From Octopus sinensis (taxonomy: Eukaryota), in NCBI RefSeq assembly GCF_006345805.1, contig NC_043012.1:42036001-42100000 (forward strand): DNA of 64,000 nt, read 5' to 3'. The position numbers and the translations under genes were made by a program. The notes under the pieces are model-generated. The model did not search any database. It had not been told where the DNA came from and saw nothing but the letters and a program-made list of their open reading frames with translations. Shown in pieces: positions 12,556 to 25,125 of the stretch. Positions within the stretch are counted from its first letter, which is position 1, and each line of letters begins with the position of its first letter.

Positions 12556-12881
12556 ATGCGATACTTGACGATCCTATGTTGGGTTTCTCTGTCCTTTCGA
12601 AAGAACTGGCTTTTGTCCTGTGTTTCTACAAATAAAAACAGCGGAGATGTCGAAAGAGTACTCCATAAAGCAAATCCCTTTCCCTGGTTAGACTGGTGAG
12701 AGGAAGGTGACGGGGACATATTGCCAAATGTGAGAAGCAGATGAAATAGAAGAGAGCCATTGCATATAAGGAGTCGTCTCAAAGATGGTCATTTAAAAAC
12801 TATTATCTAAATTAATTATACATTGGCAAAAGAAATCGCAAACCTAGAAATTTAAGACTTTTTATTGTAAAACATTTTTTT

Positions 12882-13283
12882 CTAATTTCTCTATCTGTGT
12901 GTATCGGCATATCCCAGAGTATGGTTGCTTTCTCGTTTTCTGTGACCTTTTCTGGCGTGTTCCTATAACATCTTTTTTCTGCTGTTATTTCATAGTGTTG
13001 GCATAGCTTCCAGTGTATGTAGGTCCCAACTTTGTTATGTCTGTGAATATATTCCTTCTTAGCCAGGACTAGGCAACCAGAGACAATAGGATTTATTGTT
13101 TCTTCTCCATTACTACATATCCTGCAATTGCCTGTTGTATATATTTTCATTACATCTTTTTTGGTAATTTCTGGTGGGAAGGCTTTGACCTTGTGCTGCA
13201 ATTAAAAGTCCTTCAGTCTCTGCTTTAAGTTCTGAGCTCCTCGGCCATTGTTGGGATTTTGCTTTGTCTATTTCTTTTCTGTT
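12882..13283 (-). mobile_element. R4/Dong family 1 internal fragment
   Basis: Close match to 3000-3420 (CRICSNGEETINPIVSGC, RHNKVGTYIHWKLC). Truncated at both ends. Confidence 0.88.
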
Positions 13284-13292
13284 TATTATTGT

Positions 13293-14310
13293 TATATGAA
13301 GACTCACAGCTTATTTTGCTGGGTATGATGGCAAGCGTCAGCTATCCACAGCCAGCAAACTAAGGTTTCACTTGTTTACTGGTCATGCTTCAGGAACCCT
13401 GTGGAGAATTCTTGCAGAACCAAGCAATGCTGATTTTTGTAGGTGTTCTGCCTTCATACTTGCACCGATCTTGTACTCAACTACCATGTTGGTAGTTGAG
13501 TGTTGATATTTCCCAGTTGAGTGTTGATATTTCCCAGTTGAGTGTTGATATTTCCCAGTTGAGTGTTGATATTTACTATTGGTATCGCGTCTACTCTCTT
13601 CATTGACCACAACCTTCGTATTTCCCACTTCAAATTGTCATAGTTGTTTATTTTTTCTTCTTCTTTCTCATTGATCCTGTTGTCACGGGGGCATGCTATG
13701 TCGATAATCATACATGTTCTGTCTTTTTTCTTCACCACAACAATGTCCGGTTTCCGATGTCTGGTTAGGTGATCGCAATGGATCATTGCATCCCACAGGA
13801 TTTTGCAATTCTCATTTTTGGTGACTCCTTCTGGAGTTTGCTCATACCACGCCTTTTCTCTTTGTAGGCCGTGATTTCCACAGAGCTCCCAATGGATCAT
13901 TCTTGCCACATTGTCATGGCGTCTTTTGTATTCGCGTTGTGTCAGTTTCGGGCATTTGCTAACAATGTGCCATACCGTTTCACCCCTCTCACTACACATT
14001 CTGCATTTGTCACTATTGGTAGTGTTGTCTATTCTGCACTTCATAGAGTTGGTCCTTAACGCTTGTTCCTGAGCTGCGCATATGAGTGCTTCTCCTCCTC
14101 AACCATAGCCACCGCTCCTCTCTACCTGTCTTGGCATTCACATTTCTAGCAAACTGACCATGCATTTTCTTTTCCTTCCATGCTTTTTCATTTTTTTTTG
14201 TTTATTATTTCTTGTTTAAATTTTTCTCTCGTTACACAATTTTCAGTTTTGATGATGCTGGTCTTCTGCGTGTATTTCAACAGTAGCTCCACACCAATTT
14301 TATAGATCAC
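13293..14310 (-). mobile_element. R4/Dong-like retrotransposon, 5'-truncated (family 3)
   Basis: ORF 13481-14044 gives CRMCSERGETVWHIVSKC, RRHDNVA and RKPDIVVV...IIDIACP, followed by KSALLGSARIL, a 3' UTR and a short TAA tail. Confidence 0.9.
13495..13574. repeat. 21-bp tandem repeat, ~3.8 copies, inside the R4-like element
   Basis: Unit gttgagtgttgatatttccca, read as (NINTQLG)n in the element frame. Confidence 0.95.
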
Positions 14311-14332
14311 ATTATCATCATCATCATCATCA

Positions 14333-14376
<44 letters not shown>

Positions 14377-14626
14377 GAGTGAAAGAGCAGTGCATGCCAT
14401 CAAAGTGACACTGGGGTAAAATATACGAAGCCCAGTATACCCATCATGACTACACGTCTGATAAGGGTACACCAGGCACATGCATCACAGCCATATGTAC
14501 GCGACATGGTGATCTCATATCAAGATAACCAGTGCATGACCTTGCAGGTGGGGCCCAGTTAGAATTTTCTTCAGGATGAGTAGCCCATCCTGCTCAAATG
14601 GTCCTTGAATAAGGGTTGTTTCAGGA
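14377..14626 (-). mobile_element. ~560-bp (TAA)n-associated element, truncated copy 2
   Basis: Matches 2008-2255 and 54905-55150 and abuts an (ATT)n array. Confidence 0.8.
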
Positions 14627-14904
14627 TATTATTAGTATTGTTATTGTTGTTTTTGCTATTTTAAAATGCAGGGGCGACCGTAGCGAAAATGGTTCGGATG
14701 GGTGGATCTGCGGATGTGTAAATCTATTCTATGCATGTATCTGCAGATTGAATGACAACATCTGGGCGATGACTTGTAGCCTCAATCGCCATAGCGATAC
14801 TCGATCTTTGGACTTCATCTTTTTATAAAAACCTCCCACTCAAATTGTAATGATGTGTTGGCTGACGACCCTGTGACAAATAATAGAAATCATTTATTAT
14901 GGTG

Positions 14905-15115
14905 ATGAGTTGGCTGAATGCATAGCACACCGAACAAAATGCGTAGCGGCACTTCGTGCGTTTTTATATTCTGACTTCAAATTCCGCCGAGTTTAACTTT
15001 GCCATTCATCCTTTCAGGGCTGATAAAATAAGTACCGGTTGAGTACTGGGATCTATTTAATCACCTTTCTCCCAATCCCGAAATTGCTGACCTTGTGCCA
15101 AAATTTGAAACTATT
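14905..15115 (+). mobile_element. tRNA-derived SINE family B
   Basis: gagttggctgaa...ttcaaattccgccgag...tttgccattcatcctttc...gataaaataagtacc...aaatttgaaac followed by an (ATT)n tail. Same family as 53903 and 46350. Confidence 0.75.
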
Positions 15116-15171
15116 ATTATTATTATTGTTGTTGTTGTTGTTGTTATTATGAAATTTATTATTCTTTCCAG

Positions 15172-15325
15172 CGCTATTCATGAAAGTGATCTCTCCCTGC
15201 TCCATCCAATCCGTATACCAACACCATACGGCGGACGACTTGTGTGGAATCTACCCGGGGGTAACCTACTCATTGTGCACTTTAAAGACAGAGAAATGAG
15301 TCGCCACAAGAAAAGATGGTCGCAG
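15172..15325 (+). CDS. CHS: Chitin synthase exon
   Basis: ttctttccag/GTTATT. The 154 nt encode AIHESDLSLLHPIRIPTPYGGRLVWNLPGGNLLIVHFKDREMSRHKKRWSQ, with hallmark TPYGGRL and RHKKRWSQ. Confidence 0.96.
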
Positions 15326-15534
15326 GTTATTATTATTGTTATTATTATCATTATCATTACCATTATTTTCCTAAGCATCTTCTTTAAATTCTGCTACCAT
15401 TTCTTGCCGAGTGTCTTCCTGACACCTAGGGCAGAGAAACGTACTTTTTACATTGGTAAGCCATTAAAACAAACACACCAGTTTGTTCATTTACAGAGTC
15501 ATGTGATAGAGAAAAATGTGTATATGTGTCCATT

Positions 15535-15569
<35 letters not shown>

Positions 15570-15888
15570 TATATATATTATGACATGTTGTGGAGTTTTA
15601 GATGACACGCGTTGGACTCTTAAAAAATCTCCCTGCAATTTAATGTTGTAAAATCTAATATTCGATAGCTATTCATTTAAAAGTAAAGTTAATGCAAACA
15701 TATGAATAAAACTCTATTTACAGGAATGTTTTTTTAAGAAATAAATAAAATTGCGTCCGTCGCTATACTCTACTCTACTCTCTGCTAAAACCGTTGTCTT
15801 ATATCTACGATATAAAGTGTGTATATATAACTTTCTATGCTTTTCATATGTATAGTATATAGTGTATATCTTTATATACATCCTGCAG

Positions 15889-16056
15889 GTGATGTATATG
15901 TACTACCTCCTCGGTTATCGTCTGCTTGGTCAACAAGACGACAGCACTCAAAACAACCAAAGCCAAGCTTCACAGAACGAGAAATGGAAACATTCTCCAG
16001 CACATTTCGTCAAAGGCAATATTTTCAAACATATTCCAGAAAAAACTCTCGTTCAG
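15889..16056 (+). CDS. CHS: Chitin synthase exon
   Basis: cctgcag/GTATTT. The 168 nt encode VMYMYYLLGYRLLGQQDD...IPEKTLVQ, phase 0 at both ends. Confidence 0.95.
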
Positions 16057-16134
16057 GTATTTTGCTTTCAAATATTCTTTTTATTATTATTATTATTATT
16101 CTTTTTATTATTATTATTATTATCATTATTATTA

Positions 16135-16177
<43 letters not shown>

Positions 16178-16503
16178 GACTGTCCTCCACTTTCCCACCC
16201 TACCCAGTCTTTCGCTCTTTGTCGCCTTTGTTAGGGTTTAGTTTCTCAAATTTCCTATTCATTATTTCTTTATTATTATTATTTCCTAATGTCCTTGTCT
16301 TTGTTTCTTTACTTCTCTGAATCTTTTTCTCACAATCTTCCTGGATATCCACCTTTTACTCTATATCTTCAACTCTTTCCCCTCTCTTTTCCCTCCTACT
16401 CTCTCTTCTCTTTTTGCTTCTCTCTCTATGTCTGCCTCTCGACTATCTTGTTTTCAGTTTGTCTATCTATCAATACACTCACACACATATAAAATATGTG
16501 AGT

Positions 16504-16600
16504 GGGTGTGTATGTGTGTGTGGTCGGGTGTGTATGTGTGTGTGGTCGTGTGTGTATGTGTGTGTGGTCGGGTGTGTATGTGTGTGTGGTCGTGTGTGTA
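16504..16600. repeat. 22-bp minisatellite, ~4.5 copies
   Basis: Unit g(g/t)gtgtgtatgtgtgtgtggtc. Confidence 0.9.
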
Positions 16601-16678
16601 TGACGAGTGAGTGTTTGAGTTCATGTATATGTGCATATTATATATATATTTGTGTGTGCGTGTATATATATATATATA

Positions 16679-16731
<53 letters not shown>

Positions 16732-16792
16732 CGTGTATTTTTATATATATGCATACATATAGGTACGTGTGTATTTATACATATACATATAT

Positions 16793-16976
16793 AGGCGTAG
16801 GAGTGGCTGTGTGGTAAGTAGCTTGCTTACCAACCACATGGTCCCGGGTTCAGTCCCACTGCGTGGCACCTTGGGCAAGTGTCTTCTACTATAGCCCTGG
16901 GCCGACCATTTGGATTTGGAAGACGGAAACTGAAAGAAGCCCGTCGTATATATGCATGTATGTGTGTGTGTATATA

Positions 16977-17064
<88 letters not shown>

Positions 17065-17275
17065 GTGTGTGTGTGTGTGTGTGTATGAGTGTGTGTATAT
17101 GTTTGTGCGTCTTTGTTTGTCCTCCCCAACATCGCTTGACAACCGATGCTGGTGTGTTTACGTCTCCGTAACTTCGCGGTTCGGCAAAAGGGACCGATAG
17201 AATAAGTACTGGGCATACAGAAAATAAGTCCTGGGGTCGATTTGCAAATGACTGAAACAAGTAAAAGAGTATAGA
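16793..17275 (+). mobile_element. Composite tRNA-derived SINE (head A + (TA/TG)n + tail C)
   Basis: Head aggcgtaggagtggctgtgtggtaag...gggttcagtccc has A/B-box-like spacing. An internal microsatellite is followed by a tail ending gactgaaacaagtaaaaga. Confidence 0.8.
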
Positions 17276-18214
17276 TATAAATACAGTGTATATTAAAACA
17301 CATAAGAGGCATGTACACTGTATTTATATGAATAATATATATTCTATTGACTAAAGTTTTACACTCTAGGCCACTAACCCAGAATAAATATTAAACAATA
17401 TGAGCACGTGTATAGAGCCCTAAAGGACCTTTCCCGCCACGGACTTTTTCCAGGACCCAGGTTTATCTTGAAGAAATTTATAAATTATAATAGCTTTTGT
17501 TTTTTAATTAATAAAAGACCGGTTTTGAAAACTGTCGTTTTTGTCCTGCTATTTTTGTCAAATGTACGTAATTTGATTAAAATGAATTAGGGCTGTTTTT
17601 GTGTTCAATTCACCAATTTTTTAAAGTAGATCAACATATTTAAAATAGGTTTACTACATGCCAATAGTTGTGTCTGTGATGTAGTTGAGAAGAAAGCTAC
17701 ATATTTAAATCTATTTTTTCACATACAGCACTTAGAGAAGCGTCAGCCCTCACTCGCGAACGAGTATAGCTTGATAACATGTACAATACATTCGTTAAAC
17801 GTTCGAGGTGCCTATGTAGTCGCGAGCAGACATAGACGTGCTGGCGGGCTCTTCACCTCACACCCGATGAACCATCCAAAATGTGGAGGAGGAGGAGAGA
17901 GAGGAGTGTAGCACCAGCAACCAGCTAGTACTCATTTGCAGCTGGAGTAAAGTGAAAGGGGGGTCAAGGGCACAACATCCTGCCCAGTCCAGGAATCGCA
18001 TCCTTATGATTATCAACCGAATACTCTAACCACTTGGTCACAGCACTTATTACGTGTTGTCTTGTCAGTTAGATAATAGAGAAGTCATGGGAGCGTCACT
18101 GTCGGGCTATGATTAGGGCATTAATTGGCCGTAAAACTCCCTTAAATATTATTAACCTTATATCTTATGATTCGTATAAGTATATAATTTATATCTTTTG
18201 TTCTTTGTTTCTAG

Positions 18215-18350
18215 GCAGAAAATACGTATATCTTAGCTCTTGATGGAGATGTGGACTTCAAGCCAGGCGCTGTACAACTGTTGGTAGACAGGATGAAGAA
18301 GAGTAAGAAAGTCGGTGCCGCCTGCGGTAGAATTCATCCTTCTGGTTCCG
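18215..18350 (+). CDS. CHS: Chitin synthase exon
   Basis: ttctag/GTTAGT. The 136 nt encode AENTYILALDGDVDFKPGAVQLLVDRMKKSKKVGAACGRIHPSGS, with the DxD motif DGD and GAACGRIHP. Confidence 0.97.
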
Positions 18351-18432
18351 GTTAGTTGACTACAAAGTCTTTTACATTGTTTTAATTTTGGTCTTCCTTC
18401 GATGTACTTGTAATTGTAGTCGTTGTTAATAC

Positions 18433-18463
<31 letters not shown>

Positions 18464-19217
18464 GAAACACCACTTCCTATCACCGCTATCTCCCACTACC
18501 AAATAACACTTCTACCACAACTCTTCTACTACTGTGTGTACATACATATAGAAAAAAAGCGGCAGAATAAAAGTATAGACAGGCAAACAACTATTACCAA
18601 GGTCAGATTAAGACATAAATGTTTTCATCACGACGGTTGAGGATAGATCAACCGACATTATAGTTGCGTTCCATTCCCTGATTGGAGAAAGAATCTCCAC
18701 AGAAGAACTCCAATGATGGGATGGATACAACTACAATGCTGGCTGCCCATCGTTTTCACAGTAATCTACCATCAACGCATCAATTCATGAAACACCTTCT
18801 TTCTTCCTTCCCACTTTCTTCGTATCCTACCTAAGATCACCAGTTTTACTCAATGTCTATAATTCAGACTTGACCTTGTAATTGTTGCAGGAGAATAGTA
18901 GCATATACCAGAACCATTATGAACATTCTTCCGTTAATCTTATATCAACCTCTTGTGATCTTTACTCCTGTAATATTTCTACCCTAATGTCTAAATATGT
19001 CAGAATCTGACCTCGTTCCAGTTGTTTGCCAGGTTTTACTTTTATTCTATTATACTCATACATTTGTCAGTTGGAACACCACCTATAGCCCCTGTTTTGT
19101 TATTTTGTTTAGTTGCAGTGCAAGCCAACTAAATACCTGCTACTTTACGTCTCACGACGTGATCGTATATACATATACGTACAAAGCAGAGTATATGTGT
19201 GTGTGTGTGTGCGCGTG

Positions 19218-19249
<32 letters not shown>

Positions 19250-19267
19250 TGTATGTATGTATGTATG

Positions 19268-19301
<34 letters not shown>

Positions 19302-19303
19302 TG

Positions 19304-19369
<66 letters not shown>

Positions 19370-19616
19370 TGTATGTATGTATGTATGTATGTATGCTACA
19401 TCTATCCATGCTTCCAAACATAGATGCTGTTCCCACAGTGCTGGCTCCCTTATGCCTTTAGAGGAGTTCACTGACTGTGTTGCAAGAATTCGTTCAAGGT
19501 CCAATTTTACGATAATTTCTTCCCATTACTCTTGAAAACTCTGAAAATAGTTATGGACTCTGCTCTTCCACTTCTGTGTAAAACAAAGTATACTTACATT
19601 CATGCATATATATATA

Positions 19617-19648
<32 letters not shown>

Positions 19649-19759
19649 GCAGTATATGACAATATCAAAAATAATCAACCCCATCTTTTCTTTGCATAAA
19701 TATGTGTTAGATGACCGTTTATGATTTAACTTTTATTTTATTTGTTATTCTTCATCTAG

Positions 19760-19960
19760 GACCCATTGTCTGGTATCAGATCTTCGAATATGCCATTGGT
19801 CATTGGCTTCAAAAGGCAGCAGAACATATGCTTGGCTGCGTTCTTTGCAGTCCTGGATGTTTCAGTTTGTTCCGTGGATCTGCTCTAATGGACGACAACG
19901 TTATGCGAACCTATGCTACTCGCTCCACAGTCGCTAGACACTACCTGCAATATGATCAAG
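19760..19960 (+). CDS. CHS: Chitin synthase exon
   Basis: catctag/GTATGT. The 201 nt encode GPIVWYQIFEYAIGHWLQKAAEHMLGCVLCSPGCFSLFRGSALMDDNVM...HYLQYDQ. Confidence 0.97.
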
Positions 19961-21026
19961 GTATGTTCGTTACGTGTTAGAAAATGCTTTGTTATTATTG
20001 TTGTTGTTGTTACCGTTTTGCTGTTGTTGTTGCTGCTTTCATAGTTATTGTTTTTTGTTAGTGTTATCATTATAGCTATTGTTGTTCTTGAAGTGGGGTC
20101 CTTATCTGTGGAAGATCGTTATCAGGGAACACCCTCGTATAGAGTATTGCTTTGCATGAAATATAGGTTTATGGAATATAAGTTTTATGGAATATTGGTT
20201 TTATCAAATGTGCATGTATATAATACTGGATTATCCGTTCACACGTAAAGGATTCGAATTCCAGAGAGGCATAAACACCCTTCAATCTTCTTACCTAGCA
20301 CAATAGTTTATGTCATATTTATTATATTTCGGCAAGAATTTTATACAGCAGAAGCTTCCATACAACCCCGATATGAGTGACGTATAATTCATGCGACGTT
20401 TAAGTACCCTTCATAAACTCACCTTCCCGTCTTCGTTTAACATTTACCTTCTGAAAATTAAAACCCCTTTTTCTTTCAGTTTCATTCTAATATATAGATT
20501 ATCTCCGAAATATGTAACTTTATGTCATAAGATGAGATGGTGTTTAATAGTTTAGGCTAACTTTATCCGCTTTGCGCTATTCTGCGTATGACAAGAAGTT
20601 AACATTCAACACTTCATGTGTGTATTTCGTTTGCCAGATAATCTGTTGGTATCGAATTAATTTACATCCCTCACAGCTATTATATAATCTATTGATGTAA
20701 GTGTTTACAATACCAAACTTGGAAAGTGATGATATTAGACATCCTTCAGACAGTAAATGATTCTGTCTGAAGAATTGGTAATAGGAGATTTATTATATAT
20801 TTATCGTATACGTACAATTTTGTACTTCCTATTAGCAAATGAAACATGTGTAATAGTGAATAAATATTACAAAAATTTTTTTACAATTTTATATGTATGT
20901 GTGTGTGTAAATATATATATATGTATAAATATATATGTCTGTTTATAAAAATAAATAAATATATATATATATATTGTTATTATTATTATTATTATTATTT
21001 ACAAATGCTTGTGATTTCTTATTCAG

Positions 21027-23080
21027 GTGAGGACCGATGGTTGAGTACCTTGCTTCTGCAACAGGGTTATCGTGTTGAATACTGTGCGGCTTCAGATGCC
21101 ATGACTCAAACTCCAGAAGGATTCAAAGAATTCTTCAACCAACGTCGTCGCTGGATTCCGTCTACTTTGGCCAACATCATGGATCTCCTACAGAGCTATC
21201 GTAGCACCGTTAAAATGAATGATAATATTTCATATCTCTACATTGCTTACCAAGCTTCCCTTATGCTTTCCACCACCTTAGGACCCGCTACCGTTTTGTT
21301 GATGATGGCCGGTGCCTTCAACGCAGTCTTGAAAACCAGTTTATGGCAGTCTTACCTATTGGCTATCGGTCCAGCTGTGTTCTATCTCATTCTCTGCTTT
21401 CTTCTCAAAAGCGAACACCAAGTAACAGTCGCTGCCATCCAAAGTGCCATTTATGCTCTCTTCATGATGTCTGTTGTAGTTGGAACTATGGTCCAAATAG
21501 TCGAAGATACCATCATTAGTCCAAACGCCATATTCTTGCTAATGTTGCTAGCCATATTTATAATATCGGCCTGTTTTCACCCTCAAGAATTCCTGTGTTT
21601 GCTCCCCGGTGCTCTTTACTTCCTTTGTATTCCGTCTGGTTACGTACTTCTCATCATTTACGCCATGTGCAATATGCATGTTGTCTCTTGGGGAACCAGA
21701 GAAAAAGCGGTGCAGTCGAGTGAGCCCGAAGATGAAAAGGGCAAAGTGTCGCGAAACAACAGCTTTATGAGGTGGCTCGGTCGTAAAGAGGTCGATGACT
21801 CCTGCTGCCCGTGTATCACTGGGTTTTTTCGACGTCTCTGTGGGTGTCGTTCCCAGGTGGATGTGAGCAATGAGATTCTGCGGCAAGTGATGGAGAAACT
21901 AGATAAAGTGGAAGCTGGAATTAAAATGACCACCACGTCTACAAATATCACACATCCCCGCCGGCGCCGGTCGTCCTCGCGGTCTCGTCGCTCAAATATC
22001 GGAAATATTGAAGAAGCAAATATTGAAAACGATGATAGTGATGTCGACACAAGCAGCACTGAAAACGATGGAGATATGGATGAGATGAGGGATCCTCTTG
22101 TGAATCCTCTTTGGTTAGAGGATCGAGAAATGGGTAACGGCGAGATTCAGTACTTGCCGGAGAGGGAGGTGGAATTCTGGCAACAGTGCATCGCCAAATA
22201 TTTGGCACCGATTCCATTTGACAAAAACCATCATATACAAATGTCTACAGATCTTAAATCAATGAGAAATAACGTCGCTTTTGCTTTCTTTATGCTAAAC
22301 GCTTTTTGGATGATCATAATATTTATGCTTCAAAGTGTCAAAGAAAAAATCAGTATACCAATACCAAGACCCGGCTCAGAAGCATTGCTAATCGAACCTC
22401 TTGGTTTGATTTTCCTCATATTCTTTGCGTTCATCCTTATTCTTCAGTTCGGTGCCATGTTACGTCATCGTTACGGAACGCTTCTACACATTTTGGCGTC
22501 GACAGAAATCCGATGCTGTCGGAAACGATTTGATCCGAAAAAACATATTGAAGAAGCAGTCGAATACGCCAGAGTTCTTCAAAGACTCTACGGAATCGAT
22601 GACGATACAGATCAAGATATGGATTTCTCCATTTCTCAAGACACCAAAGCAGTACGACCTCATAACAATGCCATAAGTGCATTACCGATATTGACTGGCC
22701 CAGTTTGTGATTCAACACGTACCACCATCACAGTGATGTCCAACTTGGACAGAGCATTGCCGCAGACTTTCGAAAACTCGAACTATCGCAAAGATGGCGT
22801 AAGATCGAGTTACGCCGAGAGTTCAGACGCCAAAGAAGTAGACCAAATACCACCCTCAAGAAGAGTGCAACACAGGCATAAAGGTAGACACACTGGTAAA
22901 AACAGTACCCTGCGACGGGCATTCGTTCGCCGATACACCAAACTGATGCGACAACAGACATCACAGAGCCTCTCAGCGGCAACGAGCGGTCGAGAGCCTA
23001 AACCTAGCCATCCATCAATATTGCCTCCAAAAGACAGCAGTGAAGAATATATTCCACAATTTAACCAACTCAATAGATGA
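21027..23080 (+). CDS. CHS: Chitin synthase terminal coding exon (2,054 nt)
   Basis: ttattcag acceptor, then GEDRW (catalytic), QRRRW, a transmembrane block, SWGTRE, a coiled-coil segment, the last three TMs, LASTEI and TGA at 23078-23080. Confidence 0.98.
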
Positions 23081-23203
23081 TGAGTTGAAGAGATTTCGTT
23101 ATTCTGAAATTTTGATTATTAATTTTTAATTTTTTGTTTTTGTTTTTTTTTTCAAATTTCCGAATTTGGGAGAAAATAACAAGGTGATCGTGTTAAAACA
23201 ATC

Positions 23204-23209
23204 AATAAA
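23204..23209 (+). terminator. Candidate poly(A) signal of chitin synthase
   Basis: AATAAA about 125 nt after the stop codon. The region is AT-rich, so it may be chance. Confidence 0.45.
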
Positions 23210-23231
23210 TGATTATGTGATTCGCAAATTT

Positions 23232-23287
<56 letters not shown>

Positions 23288-23925
23288 TATTTATCATATA
23301 TATTCGACTTCAAAATATGCCTATGTTTACGTAATATGAAGATAACGTTTGTGCCTAAGTTTAACCTTTTTATTAATGATTTTCTTATTAGTCCCTTATG
23401 CTTAGTTTGGGATAATAATGGTCATAAGTTCATGCCTGTTTCAAACACCTTCTTCGTCTGTGCGGTACGTTGTTGGTCAGTCATCGAGGCAGATGTTTGT
23501 AAATCGTTTGCTTGTTCTTATCCAGCTCTCTCGATCGACTACACGATCTTCCATGTGGTTTCATTTCAATGTCTGTTGAAAGGCAGATGATACAAGCAAA
23601 CGATGCAATGCATCCGCCGATGCCTGGATGCTTTCTACAAAAAGCAGCAACAATGTACCACTAGATAAGGCCGAGAAATTTTTGAAACATCCTGAAGATC
23701 TGCGAAAGAAATATTTGAAATTTTTAATATAAAAGACTAAAATGAAACACGGCCGGGTCTTCAATATAACATGTCAGCAAAATAAACTGTTCTCTGTACA
23801 ACAAACATTTTATACATGCACGCGCACACTCAGTGATATGTGTGTGTGTGTGTGTGTGCGCGCGCGCGTGCGTGCGCATATATGTCTGTGTATATATATG
23901 TCTCAAATGAAGGCAAGAAATATCC

Positions 23926-23971
<46 letters not shown>

Positions 23972-24257
23972 CTATGTATATTTAAATATACATATGCGCA
24001 TATATAAAAATGTGTGTATGTACTTATATGTGTGTATATACATATATATATATATATATGCATACATATATATACATATGTGTGTATATATATATAAAAT
24101 AAACTGAAACCAAAAATATTAAAAATAAAAAATGAATGCATTAAAAAACAAATAAATAAAAAGACGAAAGTAATTGGAATGGAAAAGAATGATTTCGTTC
24201 AAAAACTGTCACAATTATTCCGATACTTTATTATTAGTATTATTATTATCATCATTA

Positions 24258-24289
<32 letters not shown>

Positions 24290-24759
24290 GTTGTTGCTGT
24301 TGTTATTATTATTATTATTATTATTATTGTTGTTGTTGTTGTTATTACTATTATTATTATTAATAGCAATAATATCCGTACAATACAGATGAAGAAAAAT
24401 TATAATTCACACAGACATGATAGAATGCTACGATATTTGTGAAGAAGATATTTTTATATATAAATATATATAAATGTAATATATATTATATTATACCAAT
24501 ATTATAATATATTACTCTCTGTTGAAACAAACGACAAGATATGTTTTGTTGGTTTGTTTACTTTTTTTTTTCTTGGTGATGTTTTTGTTCTTCGTTTTTG
24601 TTTTTTAAAAACTTTTCGCTTCAGCAATTTTGTTAATAAAAGCTGTTAATTTGTTCCAACGTGATTTATTTTTAGTTACTCTTTTGTGTGTATGTTTTAA
24701 ATATCTGGTTACCCGACACAATTTTTGTCTTTTATACACACACACACACACACGCATAT

Positions 24760-24900
24760 ACGGCGGGGTTCTTTCATTTTCCGTCTACCAAATGTACTCA
24801 CAAGGCTTCGGTTGGCCCGAGGCTACAGTAGAAGACACTTGCCCAAGGTAACACGCAGTGGAATTGAACCAGGAACCATGTGGTTGGTAAGCAAGCTACT
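24760..24900 (-). mobile_element. SINE family A head, truncated
   Basis: Reverse complement of the 16793 head. It breaks off next to the Tx1-like ORF1 segment. Confidence 0.75.
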
Positions 24901-25125
24901 GCATTTCATCGAATTGATCATGAAGGTCGTAAATAGATAAAGGTAGCTGCGGGCTGGACAGAGACATTAATGTGTATGAAAACGACAAACACGGAAAAAA
25001 AATAATAATAATGGGAGGGGCACCGGCGCCCGCCGACCGATAACCCCTCGAAATTGTTGTTCTATTTAAATCAATATAAATCAAAATTATAATTAAAATT
25101 ACAAATTACAAAAATATATTTTTCA

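Noticed and set aside
13495-13574. Regularly spaced short repeats (also 32873-32940, 16504-16600, 43080-43110) as possible CRISPR-like arrays
   Set aside because: The units are contiguous with no unique spacers, the context is eukaryotic and there are no cas genes. They are ordinary slippage duplications.
16793-16870. tRNA-like A/B-box sequences here and at 36423, 46500 and 53903
   Set aside because: They cannot form full cloverleaves and run into shared SINE bodies, so they are SINE heads and not tRNA genes.
18690-19100. Possible very old RTE-type endonuclease remnant on the minus strand
   Set aside because: Only vague motif resemblance with many stops, not supportable without a profile search.
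21548-23073. Antisense and alternate-frame ORFs overlapping the chitin synthase terminal exon
   Set aside because: Shadow ORFs of a GC-richer coding exon with no independent motifs.
23526-23720. Acceptor-like site and short protein-looking frames downstream of the chitin synthase stop
   Set aside because: No matching donor, no homology I recognise, and short frames are expected by chance.
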